A stretch of DNA of 64,000 nt from Candidatus Hadarchaeum sp. (GTDB taxonomy: Archaea; Hadarchaeota; Hadarchaeia; Hadarchaeales; Hadarchaeaceae): the NCBI RefSeq assembly GCF_038871235.1, contig NZ_JAVZIN010000001.1:32001-96000 (forward strand), read 5' to 3'. Below the pieces are notes generated by a model that was not told the origin of the DNA, made no database searches, and saw only the letters and a program-made list of their open reading frames with translations. A program made the position numbers and the translations under genes. The number at the start of each line of letters is the position of its first letter. Within the stretch, counting starts at the first letter, position 1. Shown here one piece after another: positions 29,986 through 39,938 of the stretch.

Positions 29986-30519
29986 ATGAAAATTGAAATC
30001 GTCGCTATCGGCAGTATACCAGACCTACTCCTTCAGCGACTGCCAGCAATGCTGATCGAGACATTCAAGCCTCTTGCTGATGAATGTGGGGTAACTACAC
30101 GGAAGAGTATCCCATCGACCGCGTTTGATGCTCAGCGTCGGCAGTACCGAGCTGAGAGTGTTCTTCGCCATTTGCTTTTTGGAGCGGATAGGGACAATGT
30201 CATCCTCGGGATTGTTGGCGTGGATCTTTACGTACCGAAACTTAATTTCGTTTTTGGGCTGTCTCAACTCTTGGGACGAGGGGCTCTGGTATCAATACAT
30301 CGTCTGAACCCTAGTTTCTACGGGCAAGCTCCGGATTTTGAGCTACTTTGGAATCGAACTCGGAAAGAAGCAATTCATGAGCTGGGCCATGTCTTCGGAC
30401 TCAACCACTGTGATGACCCGAAGTGTGTTATGAATTTTTCAAATAGCATTCTGGAGGTAGATAGAAAATCTTCCCATTTTTGCTCCAGATGTCGTGCGAA
30501 GCTCCTCCATCGGTTTTGA
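29986..30519 (+). CDS. amzA: Archaemetzincin zinc metalloprotease
   Basis: HELGHVFGLNHC-x4-C-VM...CxxC. Confidence 0.92.
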   Translation: MKIEIVAIGSIPDLLLQRLPAMLIETFKPLADECGVTTRKSIPSTAFDAQRRQYRAESVLRHLLFGADRDNVILGIVGVDLYVPKLNFVFGLSQLLGRGALVSIHRLNPSFYGQAPDFELLWNRTRKEAIHELGHVFGLNHCDDPKCVMNFSNSILEVDRKSSHFCSRCRAKLLHRF

Positions 30520-30525
30520 AAGATG

Positions 30526-31323
30526 TTATCCTGTCTTCTTCAACCTGATTTTAAGGTGGGCGTGAGCACCGAGATCTTCAGCGAGATTTCCCAAGTTCTT
30601 TGCGATTTCAAGAACACCAGCGCTACCTACGTAGCAGAGAACCTCGCCCGGGCCGACTTCGCCGAAGGTCCTGACGAACTTCGCGGGCAAATTTTTCCCG
30701 GATATTTCTAGCTTTAAGACGTCGCCAAGTCTCGCAAATGTTTCGATGAGATTACGACCGATGTTGGTCAGAAGATTCCCAAATCCATCGATAGCCACCA
30801 CCTCTCCGCTTATTTCCCCTCCCACCATTTCTGCCTCTGCCAAGTCCAATTTTTTCAGATTTGGCAGAACGGGACCCACCTCCGATGTCCTGACCCCCAA
30901 ACTCAGATGCGCGGCTACTGGGGCAAAGACGTCGCGCCCGTGAAAGGTGGCAGATATACTTTCCCTCATCAGCTTTCGATTGGTCAGCTCCCTGATCTCC
31001 TTCACACCAAACCGCCGGGCAACCAAGGTGAAAACCCCATTGTCAGGGCCGATGAAGTGAAAATCGTTATTAGTGCGGAGCAGAATGTCCCTCCTCTCTG
31101 TACCAACTCCGGGATCCACCACGACGACGAAAATGGTTCCGTTTGGGAAAGTTTCGGCGGCGTTTACCAGCATGAACGCTGCAGTGAAAATATCATGCCT
31201 AGGCACTTCATGGGTAATGTCAACTATCGTCACTTTGGGATTTATTGAAAGTATTGCTCCTTTCATTGCCCCAACGAAGTAATCCTTTTCCCCCAAATCC
31301 GAGAGAAGAGCTATAACCGGCAT
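30526..31323 (-). CDS. SAM hydroxide adenosyltransferase / chlorinase-fluorinase family (DUF62)
   Basis: LLSDLG, VVDPGVGT, GPDNG, TFHGRDVFAP and DGFGN. Confidence 0.93.
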   Translation of the reverse strand: MPVIALLSDLGEKDYFVGAMKGAILSINPKVTIVDITHEVPRHDIFTAAFMLVNAAETFPNGTIFVVVVDPGVGTERRDILLRTNNDFHFIGPDNGVFTLVARRFGVKEIRELTNRKLMRESISATFHGRDVFAPVAAHLSLGVRTSEVGPVLPNLKKLDLAEAEMVGGEISGEVVAIDGFGNLLTNIGRNLIETFARLGDVLKLEISGKNLPAKFVRTFGEVGPGEVLCYVGSAGVLEIAKNLGNLAEDLGAHAHLKIRLKKTG

Positions 31324-31381
31324 GTTTCGCCCAAAGATTATTTTGGAGAAGTTAATAATTTATCAGCTTTCAAAATGAATT

Positions 31382-31861
31382 GTGATGATATTGGTTTTCT
31401 GCGGGCCACCGGGTTCAGGCAAGACGGAGATTGCCCGAAAGCTCGCCGAGAAGCTTAGCGGTTCCAAGCTCATCTCAACTGCTAATTTCAGGAGAAAGGT
31501 TTATCGGCACCTGTTTGCTGAAGTGGAAAGGTACATCCGTTCGGCAAAATATCTCATCTTGGATGGGACCTTTTACAAACGGGCTTGGAGGGACGAAATT
31601 GAAGAGATTGCGAAAAGAAATGGTGAGAAGACCATCACCATTTATCTCAGATGTTCGCTGCCAACCTGCCTGAAGAGAAACGAGCTCAGGAAGGATAGGA
31701 TTGATGAAAAGGCAGTTCGCATCATACACAGCCAGATGGAGGTTCCAGAGTCTCCAGAAATCGTCATAGACACAGATACTTTGGTGGCTGATGACGCTGT
31801 TGACTTAATATTAAAGTACATGGCCTCAAGGGTCGGTTTTTCAGGCGACGGCGGGACTTAA
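31382..31861 (+). CDS. P-loop nucleotide kinase (AAA_33/adenylylsulfate-kinase-like)
   Basis: GPPGSGKT Walker A, ILDGTF and lid motif CLKRN. Confidence 0.8.
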   Translation: MMILVFCGPPGSGKTEIARKLAEKLSGSKLISTANFRRKVYRHLFAEVERYIRSAKYLILDGTFYKRAWRDEIEEIAKRNGEKTITIYLRCSLPTCLKRNELRKDRIDEKAVRIIHSQMEVPESPEIVIDTDTLVADDAVDLILKYMASRVGFSGDGGT

Positions 31862-32040
31862 TTAACGGGGGGTCCTAATGGTCGGACTTTGAGCCCTGCC
31901 ATGCGTTTTTCCATGTGCTCGGGAACTGAACAGGGCAGATACGTCAGCAATAAAGTCTTGAGTTCATCCACCGAGATTCCGCCGCCGCACTTAGGACACT
32001 TTACCAGCTCAATCTCATCCCAGCATTTGGGACATTTCAT
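31858..32040 (-). CDS. Small zinc-ribbon protein
   Basis: CPKC...CPKC; GGTGA before the ATG. Confidence 0.65.
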   Translation of the reverse strand: MKCPKCWDEIELVKCPKCGGGISVDELKTLLLTYLPCSVPEHMEKRMAGLKVRPLGPPVN

Positions 32041-32073
32041 TTAGGTCACCAATTGTTAGGTTAACGTGAGTAT

Positions 32074-33138
32074 TTAAGTTCCTCTTTCGGGTGGGCTTAG
32101 TTTTCTGATGGTTTTGAAGCCCATGGGATGAGTCAGATCTTCTTCCTCGTCCACCGATTTAATCCTGAAACGCTGATATGGAGAGATGCAGGGTCTGGGC
32201 CGGCTAACCACTTCGAATCTAAACAGCGTTGATCGATACCAGTCTATCCCCGGATTCGGCCCCACAGGAAATGGAAGCTCTTTGGCGAAGATCTCGTAAT
32301 CCACCGCGTCGTATTTCATCGGGTACCTTGAAAAATCCCTGATGATATCCGTAATCACACAGTTCATCTTACCCAGCAGCTTTTCTATCTGTAGCCATTT
32401 ACTGCGCGAGGCCTCGAGAGTAGTTAAACCGAAGTATCCCACCCCGTTTTCCTTCAGGCAGCTGACCCCACGGACAACAAAGGCCTTCAATCCGCTAATG
32501 CTTTCAAGGGGTTCTGAGGAAAAGACATCAAAGGCCCCTATCATTTTTTTGGGCAAGGGATCCTCCACGTTGTACTTAATGAATTCTATTTCAAACCCGT
32601 GCTCCCGGTTTACTGCCTTGAGGAATTCTTCCAACCTTTCGTCCGCATCAAGCACGCAGATCCTTGCCGGCATCTTGGTGAGCGATAAAGCGACGCTCAG
32701 CAGATCGTCATCTCCCATCAATACGATTTCCCGGCTTCTAAGATCACCATGCCGATGCATCAAGGCCGCTCTTACAATAACGTCCTCCTCCCTCATGTAG
32801 CCCTGAAAAAATTTAAGTGACGGAACCGGCCTATCCTTCACGATTTCCCTAAAATCAGCGATAATTTTTTGGAATTTCTCACCCACCACAACTCCTTTTC
32901 CATCACAACAATGGCAGATTTCGCCGGCACGAACCCCAGAACCACAATCAATCGCTTTAATTCCTTTTTTATTGGGCTTGATACCGGCTCCATTGATACT
33001 GATGTAACCATTTCTTTTCAGCGAGTCTATTGTCCTGATAATCTCACTTAGTGGAAATGGGCTACGCTCGCATAGGCCCCAGAAAGAATCAACTCCAGAG
33101 GTCAACTGGCAGAGGACATATTCTTCAACCTTTTTCAT
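32074..33138 (-). CDS. bpsA: N4-bis(aminopropyl)spermidine (branched-chain polyamine) synthase
   Basis: CxxCxGKG, RP...FFQG, GDDDLLS and EAS...W motifs; directly downstream of speD. Confidence 0.88.
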   Translation of the reverse strand: MKKVEEYVLCQLTSGVDSFWGLCERSPFPLSEIIRTIDSLKRNGYISINGAGIKPNKKGIKAIDCGSGVRAGEICHCCDGKGVVVGEKFQKIIADFREIVKDRPVPSLKFFQGYMREEDVIVRAALMHRHGDLRSREIVLMGDDDLLSVALSLTKMPARICVLDADERLEEFLKAVNREHGFEIEFIKYNVEDPLPKKMIGAFDVFSSEPLESISGLKAFVVRGVSCLKENGVGYFGLTTLEASRSKWLQIEKLLGKMNCVITDIIRDFSRYPMKYDAVDYEIFAKELPFPVGPNPGIDWYRSTLFRFEVVSRPRPCISPYQRFRIKSVDEEEDLTHPMGFKTIRKLSPPERGT

Positions 33139-33472
33139 TAGGATCCCTCCTCAAGAGCCGCTTTTTAACTTTTTTCGGCTTCAGCCACTTTATTAGAAGA
33201 TCAAGCGCCTTGATGGCCTTTTTCTCGGAACCGCAACAAAAAATATCAATTGCTGCATATTCATGTTCCGGCCACGTGTGAATGCTTAGGTGGGATTCTC
33301 GCAAAAGATAGAAGGCAGAAACACCGTGCGGCTCAAACTGATGAAAAGCGGAGTTAATGGGTTTTAAACCTGATTTAATTATCACTCGGTCTAGGATTTC
33401 CCGGAGTGGTTCTACTCGGGAAATCTTCTGCGCCGCCACGCCCAAAAATTCGGCGATAACATGGATGCTCAT
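33125..33472 (-). CDS. speD: S-adenosylmethionine decarboxylase proenzyme
   Basis: HQFEPHGVS and the self-cleavage motif LLRE-SHLSIHTWPE. Confidence 0.93.
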   Translation of the reverse strand: MSIHVIAEFLGVAAQKISRVEPLREILDRVIIKSGLKPINSAFHQFEPHGVSAFYLLRESHLSIHTWPEHEYAAIDIFCCGSEKKAIKALDLLIKWLKPKKVKKRLLRRDPNEKG

Positions 33473-33638
33473 GGCTCACACCCCATGTAACCGTCGAATT
33501 TTTGCGGGTTGTGGATAGTTTTGAACTACTCATCATTATTGTTATTTCAAAAAATTTATTTTAAAATTTTTCTGAAGAAACCGGCGCTAATAATAACTAG
33601 GCTTAAGATGAAGTTGTTTCGGTAATCCTCCGAAAAAG

Positions 33639-34586
33639 GTGGTGGTTCTGAGCAAAATGAGGCAGGCCAAGGGTCTGATGGCCGGCAAATTCGCATCCGA
33701 TTTATTGGGCGCTCAGAGGGATGGTAAAGTTTACAGCGTTTTCGAAAGAACATTCAACGTCTTGTTCGATAATGGCCTGGTAGGCATCACGAGAAGCGAA
33801 GTGCCCCTTAGCCCAATGGACCTGAGAACCGATATTTCTCCCCCGGAAAAAATACCGGAATTGGGTATTAAAAAGGGCTTGCAAGCCAAAGTGTCCGGAG
33901 ATTTTGTGTCGGTGGGTGATGTTCTCCATATCGACCTCACCGAGGCTGGAGTCTGGAGACCTCCAAACAGGGTCAAAGATCCAGCGGACCCGACCCAGAT
34001 TAAAAAAGCCTTAAGCAAAGTAGAGGAAGTCGCTCTAGCTCGGCCGCGATCCGAGGGTTTAGGGCAGCTGTTGCCCTATCTGGATTCAATACTCAACTTA
34101 GAAGCACCCCATTTAGTTGCGGTTAACGATGTTTCCCAAGCAGCGCTACCACAACTGGTCGATTTAGTGCGGGCGACCACGGAGGGGGATATCCATGGCA
34201 TCAAAACTGCGGTCAACAAGCTTATCGGGCTAGGACCCGGACTGACTCCGTCAGCCGATGATTTGCTCATTGGTTACATCAGCGCTATCCATTGGGTTTC
34301 CCAATCTTTTGATAAGTGGGATGATTTTTTCCGAAAGATTAACGAAGCCATAATTTCCCCTGCGGAAGCCACAACTCTTCTTGGTTCCCAACTGTTGAGG
34401 CTTGCGGCACACGGGGAAGTAAATGAGGTTTTGGTGAACCTGTATCAGGCCATACTATCAGGAGAACTTTCCACCTTGAATGTTTTGATATCCAATTTAA
34501 TGAATTTCGGCAGCACCTCCGGAATGGACACGCTGGTTGGGCTTCTCCTTGGTATAAAAATCACCCTTAAAATGATGTTTAGATAA
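33639..34586 (+). CDS. DUF2877 (YlbF/AllH-like) protein
   Basis: LIGLGPGLTPSADD and GSTSGMD motifs. Confidence 0.85.
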   Translation: MVVLSKMRQAKGLMAGKFASDLLGAQRDGKVYSVFERTFNVLFDNGLVGITRSEVPLSPMDLRTDISPPEKIPELGIKKGLQAKVSGDFVSVGDVLHIDLTEAGVWRPPNRVKDPADPTQIKKALSKVEEVALARPRSEGLGQLLPYLDSILNLEAPHLVAVNDVSQAALPQLVDLVRATTEGDIHGIKTAVNKLIGLGPGLTPSADDLLIGYISAIHWVSQSFDKWDDFFRKINEAIISPAEATTLLGSQLLRLAAHGEVNEVLVNLYQAILSGELSTLNVLISNLMNFGSTSGMDTLVGLLLGIKITLKMMFR

Positions 34587-34667
34587 ATAGCTAGTCCAAT
34601 CTGACCATAATTAGGGGTAAGAAATGATGGGAGAAATTAAGCTTAAATAAACCCGACCGGACTTTTA

Positions 34668-35414
34668 CTATCTGCTGCTGCCATAATATAGACATTGATG
34701 AAGCGGGATCTTTGGTGAATATTTGGGGCTATCGGTCAATTCAACCTCTGCCTCTCGCACGACGGCAACGGGAATTCGTTCACCCGCTTCTCCCATCACC
34801 AGCTGCGCGGCCGTGGCGAGCTGGTCAGCCGTTGCCCGGTAAGTTATCTTCAACGGCTTTCCATAGATGTCAAGCTTGCCCCGGCAGTCAATGACGGGCT
34901 CGATTCCCGCGGTGGCTATCGCCTGACCAACGGTGCCAAGCCTCAGCGGGTGAACGATGCTGTCAGAGATCACCACTCCGACCTTGACACTCGCCCCCGA
35001 GATCAGCGCAAGCCTGAGTCTCTCTGCGGATTTTTGGGGATACCGCGGTAGAAGTATAGCCTTACCCTTCGGGGCATTGGATAGATCTACTCCCGCATTG
35101 GCGCAGATTATTCCGTCCTTTATCGTCAGCACGACTCCTCTGTGGATCCGGAGCACCCTGTCTGCCTCGCGCAGAATCAGTTCCACAAACTCGGGTGGTT
35201 GTCCGCTTTTAGCCGCGATTTTTTTTGCCCTCTGTGACGGTCTGATTTTTGACAGATCTTTGATTCTTCCTTCGGCTGCGGCCACTGCCTTTGAAGAAAC
35301 CACGACAATGTCGCCGTCGCGCAGTCCCCCGATCTGATCGGCTGCTTTCAGTATCATTGATGGAAGATCATCTCCTGACTCGATTATGGGTAGGCTCAGT
35401 CCCAGAACTTCCAC
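34668..35414 (-). CDS. cofE: Coenzyme F420-0:L-glutamate ligase-family protein
   Basis: VVSSKAV..AEGR, ANAGVDLSN, VISDS...PLRLG and ADQLA...MGE. Confidence 0.88.
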   Translation of the reverse strand: MEVLGLSLPIIESGDDLPSMILKAADQIGGLRDGDIVVVSSKAVAAAEGRIKDLSKIRPSQRAKKIAAKSGQPPEFVELILREADRVLRIHRGVVLTIKDGIICANAGVDLSNAPKGKAILLPRYPQKSAERLRLALISGASVKVGVVISDSIVHPLRLGTVGQAIATAGIEPVIDCRGKLDIYGKPLKITYRATADQLATAAQLVMGEAGERIPVAVVREAEVELTDSPKYSPKIPLHQCLYYGSSR

Positions 35415-35418
35415 AATC

Positions 35419-36303
35419 TCACCCTACCGCGTCCCTGATCGCTTCAGCGATTCTAGCTGCTTGCAGTGTTTCAAGCGGGTCGTGGGTCCGCAGCGCGTGG
35501 GCTCCGTTGACGACGGCAATGGCGGCCGCGGCCAGTGAGCCGTAGAGCCTCTCTCTAGGGTCAGGAAGATTTAGTATCTCGCCTATTGAAGATTTTCTCG
35601 ATATACCAAGGCAGATGGGTCGGCCAGTTTTAATTTCCCTTAGTTTTACCAGGATCCGGAGGTCTAGGTAGGTTGCCAAACTATAATCACCGTCCCCAAA
35701 CTTTTTTCTCGCTCGAGGACCTAACCGGTCAAGTCTTGCCGGCCATTGCCCAAACGCAGGGTCAACGACGACTTTTTTTAACGAGATGTTATGTCTGCGA
35801 CAAATCTCAAGACTTGACAGGAGCGCTTCTTTGATTTCGGCAATTGTATATACATCTCCAGGAAATTTTTTAGCGGCCATCAGAATAGCTGAGCAACCGG
35901 TTTTCGATATAACTTCAGCCATGCCTTCATCAGCCTTGAGTCCGCTGACGTCGTTAATTATCGAAGCCCCCGCTGCAACTGCAGCTTCGGCAACAGCGGC
36001 CCTTTGGGTGTCGGCTGAAATCGGAACATCGACCTCACCGGCAACGGCTCTGATGGCTGGTATCAGCTTCCGCATTTCCTGTTGTTCTGAAATCGGTTGT
36101 GACCTGGGCCCGGTGGCCATGGCACCGATGTCGATGATCTGGGCACCTTCATCCACCATCTCCCCCGCCCGTTTAACGACGTCTCGGAGATTCCCAACAA
36201 CAGATCCCGGATAAAAGGAACCCTCGCTGAGGTTGATCGCCCCAATGATCACAGTGGGCTGACCATTCCCGACCACAACTTTATCTAGCCTTGCAATGAC
36301 CAC
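35419..36303 (-). CDS. folP: Dihydropteroate synthase-family protein
   Basis: INLSEGSFY, IIDIGA, ISADT, IINDVSG, VDPAFG, SRKS and RTHD; start moved to GTG 36303. Confidence 0.88.
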   Translation of the reverse strand: MVIARLDKVVVGNGQPTVIIGAINLSEGSFYPGSVVGNLRDVVKRAGEMVDEGAQIIDIGAMATGPRSQPISEQQEMRKLIPAIRAVAGEVDVPISADTQRAAVAEAAVAAGASIINDVSGLKADEGMAEVISKTGCSAILMAAKKFPGDVYTIAEIKEALLSSLEICRRHNISLKKVVVDPAFGQWPARLDRLGPRARKKFGDGDYSLATYLDLRILVKLREIKTGRPICLGISRKSSIGEILNLPDPRERLYGSLAAAAIAVVNGAHALRTHDPLETLQAARIAEAIRDAVG

Positions 36304-36355
36304 TAAAGCACCATAATCACTTTGATCCAAGGCAATAAAACGATGCCCCAAGAAA

Positions 36356-38263
36356 TTAAGCCACTATCTCAAAGTTCTCGGGTGAAACATAGTCCCCATA
36401 CTTTTCCCTAGCTTGAGTCAGCCTCTGCCTCTGGTTCTCCAGCTCCACAAATACCTCTCGCGGGGTGTTCGGCACCTTGGCGGAATAAATCTTTAAGATC
36501 CGGTCTATCTTGGCCAAATGCTCCGGTATTCTCAGCTTGAACTGCTTCAGGTAGTCCTCCTTGGCGTAGTCGATGTTGAGCACCCGCTTGAAGAGCACCC
36601 TGAGGTCATCATAGAGCGGGATGAGTCCGGTGGGTGTTTTCCTAGCCTTGACCTCGTTGTGGCAGCGAAGCTCCATCCACTTCAGCCAAACTGCCTTGTA
36701 AAGCTTATCGGTCAGGTAATTGCCGCCCTCCTTGAGGAAATAGTTCACCGAGAATATTTTGGGCGGCTTCTCCAGCTTGGCGCCGAACTTCAGGTTTATC
36801 TCAATATATTTCGCCAGCGGGATGGAGAGAAAATCCAGATTGGCCATCGGGTTGAACTCCCTCGTGCCCTCCTTTCCTAAGACCGCCGCTGTGACCTCGG
36901 ACTCCAGCGAGGCTCCTTTGGTCACTATCCCATGAACCCAGTTGAACGCCTCCTCAACCGGCACACAGGTGTCTGAATCTCTTCCACCATAAATGATTCC
37001 TGAGATCTCCACCCCCTCAGGATCCTCTATTCTGGGGTCAAGGTTTTCCAAGAGCCTCATGTTTAGCGTTAGCCTCGCGTTCTTGTGTGAGGGGGGGATT
37101 TCATTGCCCTCGGCGTCCCTCTTTCCTGGATACCATTCCCCAGAATGGTTGATTCCCCGCTTGGGCACCTCGCCGTCGTGACCGATCCAGTAAACGCTGC
37201 CGTCGTCCAGCATCAAGACGTTGGAGAAAATTATTTCCCCGGGACTGTGAAGCGCCTTCCAGAGTATCGGATCGTCTTTGGAGTTAATGCCTTGGATTAT
37301 CCCAAACATCCCGCACTCGACATTGACGGCCCTGACTTTCCCGTGTCTTATCCTCAGATAGGCGATATCATCCCCAACTATTTTTTCACCACGCATCATC
37401 GAGGTGGAAGTCTTGCCGCAGAGGGAGGGGAAGGCCCCGGTGAAGTAGGTCAACCTACCACCCGGGCCGTGAACTCCCATAATGAACATATGCTCGGTTA
37501 GCCAACCTTCCTCTGAAGCCCGCTTTATCGCCAGCCGCATTGCCAGCTTTTTCAACCCAATCGTGTTGCCGCCATACTGCGTGTTGACACTGTAGACCGT
37601 CTCATCAGTAAGGTCAACGTAAATCCTGCGCTTGTCAATGTTCTTGCTGACTCCGTTAACGAGTTCACCTTCCGAATGAACAAACTTGAAGAACCTCGCC
37701 TTTCTGCCCAGCCTCCTGAACTCCGAGTATCCCTGCCGGTAGAGCAGGTTCTCGCTGTGGGCCACATAAGGAGAATCGGTCAGCTGAAGACAGGGGATAG
37801 AAAAATCAGAGTTAAGTGGGCCAAGACAGAAAAATAAGACGTAAAGCCTGTGTCCTTTCATGATGTCCTTCAGCAGGACGTGGATCTCCCTCAGTCCGGC
37901 TTCCCTTTCCAGCTGACCGAGGCTCTCACCGGCAGCCAGCGCCCCCAGTCCTAAGTCGACACCTTTAGGCAGGAGCAGCCGGGTGTTTTTTCTGTCCCTA
38001 GCCTGATCATAATAACCGTCGAAGTGAATAGTATGCCCCTCTATCGCGAGCCTTCTTTCCTCACCCGTCCTGATGGCTTCTTCTCTAATGAACTTCAGCT
38101 CCTCATCCGTGCCCGTGCTGACGAAGACATCGTCGGGGTTACAATGTCCCACATACTTGGCCACAAACTCATGTAGAGCTGGGTTATCTATCGCCAGCAG
38201 TTTGCCAAGGTTTTCTTTGCTCAACTTCCGTTCAAGGATACTTAGACCAGTTCCTTCACACAT
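36356..38263 (-). CDS. pckG: GTP-dependent phosphoenolpyruvate carboxykinase
   Basis: YGGNTIGLKK, WLTEHM, FPSLCGKT, VGDDIA and GGRD. Confidence 0.96.
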   Translation of the reverse strand: MCEGTGLSILERKLSKENLGKLLAIDNPALHEFVAKYVGHCNPDDVFVSTGTDEELKFIREEAIRTGEERRLAIEGHTIHFDGYYDQARDRKNTRLLLPKGVDLGLGALAAGESLGQLEREAGLREIHVLLKDIMKGHRLYVLFFCLGPLNSDFSIPCLQLTDSPYVAHSENLLYRQGYSEFRRLGRKARFFKFVHSEGELVNGVSKNIDKRRIYVDLTDETVYSVNTQYGGNTIGLKKLAMRLAIKRASEEGWLTEHMFIMGVHGPGGRLTYFTGAFPSLCGKTSTSMMRGEKIVGDDIAYLRIRHGKVRAVNVECGMFGIIQGINSKDDPILWKALHSPGEIIFSNVLMLDDGSVYWIGHDGEVPKRGINHSGEWYPGKRDAEGNEIPPSHKNARLTLNMRLLENLDPRIEDPEGVEISGIIYGGRDSDTCVPVEEAFNWVHGIVTKGASLESEVTAAVLGKEGTREFNPMANLDFLSIPLAKYIEINLKFGAKLEKPPKIFSVNYFLKEGGNYLTDKLYKAVWLKWMELRCHNEVKARKTPTGLIPLYDDLRVLFKRVLNIDYAKEDYLKQFKLRIPEHLAKIDRILKIYSAKVPNTPREVFVELENQRQRLTQAREKYGDYVSPENFEIVA

Positions 38264-38293
38264 AGTATCGATTGCTACTGAAAGCCCCCTCGT

Positions 38294-39913
38294 TTAAGTT
38301 TTACTGTCATGGGTTGGGACCAGCCTTTTGGACATATAGGGCCCTTCCCGGTCGTATCCTAACCTGTGGTAGTACTCTCGCGTCCCAATCCCGGCCAGTA
38401 CTAAGATCTTCCTAGCCCCAATCTCTTCTCGGGAGACTCGTTCCGCCTCCTGCAGAAGCCGTTCCCCCCAGCCTCGGTGCTGCCATTCGCTCGGGCCAGC
38501 TACTCGACCCACCCCCACCAGTGGGCCGTAAACGTGTAACTCTCGGACGATGGTGGCATCGCCTAGTCTGACCTCGGGCCGATGGGCTTTTTCCGACGGC
38601 TCCCTCAACCGCAATAGTCCGATCAGCACATCATTTGCCATATCCTCAAAGGAGAGAAAAATCTCGGTACCCCCGGAGGCACGATACTTTTCAGTTACCA
38701 GCTCGATGTCTTCGGGTCGGGGCTCAAAACCCGTTTTGTAGCTAACATGCCCGACCTCTCGACACCTGATGCAACGACAAGCCCGACCCTGTTGCTTTAA
38801 TCTTTCTTGAACCAAGGCCCTGAGATCACCACGTTTGACGCCCGCGGCCACCAGATTTGCCGGTATGTCCCGCTGGATTCGCTGGATCCTAATCCACTTC
38901 GGCGTCATTTTCTTTACCTCTATGATTAAATCAACAAGTTTCTCAAAAGAGTAGGGTTTGTACTCTCCACGGCGCCACATCTCATACAGACCTGTCCCCG
39001 GCAAAACTAGCGTGGGATAAATTTTCAGAGCGTCGGGTTTGAACCTCTCATCGCTGAAAATTGTCCTGAACATTTCTAGATCCCGCACATAGCTGGATCC
39101 TGGGAGGTTGGGCATCATGTGGAAGACGATGGCAAAGCCAGAATCCCTAGCTATCCGCACGGCCTCCACGACATCCTCAACGGTGTGGCCACGTTTCACG
39201 ATTTGATAAACATCATCGTAAACCGTTTGGACGCCCAACTCCACCCTCGTGGTTCCCAAACCAAGAAGGAAATCAACTTGGGACTCTCTGCAGTAATCCG
39301 GACGAGTTTCTATAGCTATGTCGCTGACGCGGATGGCAGACTTCTCGGCCTCCGTCTGGGCCTCGTGCAGGCTTTTTGCCCTCCCCCCTGTGATGGCGTT
39401 CAGGCATTGCGTGATGAACCATTCTAAGTAATCCTTTGGATAGCAGGTTAAAGTCCCGCCGAAGACTACCAGCTCGACCTTGTCCACTTCATGACCGATG
39501 GCGCGCAGCTGCTCAATCCTGCTGCTTACTTGAGCGTAGGGGTCATAGTTGTGCTGAAGCGCCCGGGCCGCGGCGGGCTCCTTCCCCGTGTATGATTTCG
39601 GGGTGTTGTAATCAGGGCCCCCGGGACAGTAAATGCAGGTTTGCTCCGTCGGGCAGGGATAGGGCTTGGGCATGACGGTGATCACGGTGACGCCTGAAAT
39701 GGATCGCACCGGCTTAAGCCGGAGGATTGTGATGAGCTTAGACCTTTCTTCAGGGGTGGCGAGAGCTAGCAGTTCCGAGTTTCTCGGCGGGCGGGGAAGT
39801 TTAAATTCCCGGCAGATCTCAGTTTTGATTCTTGACAAACCTTGAGGATCAATAGTTCCCTGCCTCAGAATTCTCCGAATTGCTTCGCGGCTGGCAGTTG
39901 TAAAGGCCTCCAT
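38294..39913 (-). CDS. elp3: Elp3 tRNA uridine(34) carboxymethyltransferase (radical SAM + GNAT)
   Basis: CP...CIYCPGG, ETRPD, LKIYPTLV, RELHVYG and QHRGWG. Confidence 0.96.
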   Translation of the reverse strand: MEAFTTASREAIRRILRQGTIDPQGLSRIKTEICREFKLPRPPRNSELLALATPEERSKLITILRLKPVRSISGVTVITVMPKPYPCPTEQTCIYCPGGPDYNTPKSYTGKEPAAARALQHNYDPYAQVSSRIEQLRAIGHEVDKVELVVFGGTLTCYPKDYLEWFITQCLNAITGGRAKSLHEAQTEAEKSAIRVSDIAIETRPDYCRESQVDFLLGLGTTRVELGVQTVYDDVYQIVKRGHTVEDVVEAVRIARDSGFAIVFHMMPNLPGSSYVRDLEMFRTIFSDERFKPDALKIYPTLVLPGTGLYEMWRRGEYKPYSFEKLVDLIIEVKKMTPKWIRIQRIQRDIPANLVAAGVKRGDLRALVQERLKQQGRACRCIRCREVGHVSYKTGFEPRPEDIELVTEKYRASGGTEIFLSFEDMANDVLIGLLRLREPSEKAHRPEVRLGDATIVRELHVYGPLVGVGRVAGPSEWQHRGWGERLLQEAERVSREEIGARKILVLAGIGTREYYHRLGYDREGPYMSKRLVPTHDSKT

Positions 39914-39938
39914 CCAACCACCCCTAAGATTAATCTAC

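Noticed and set aside
31382-31861. Kinase as PSTK, implying a selenocysteine system
   Set aside because: It is too short to include the tRNA-binding C-terminal domain, and I saw no tRNA-Sec or in-frame UGA selenoprotein candidate in the window.
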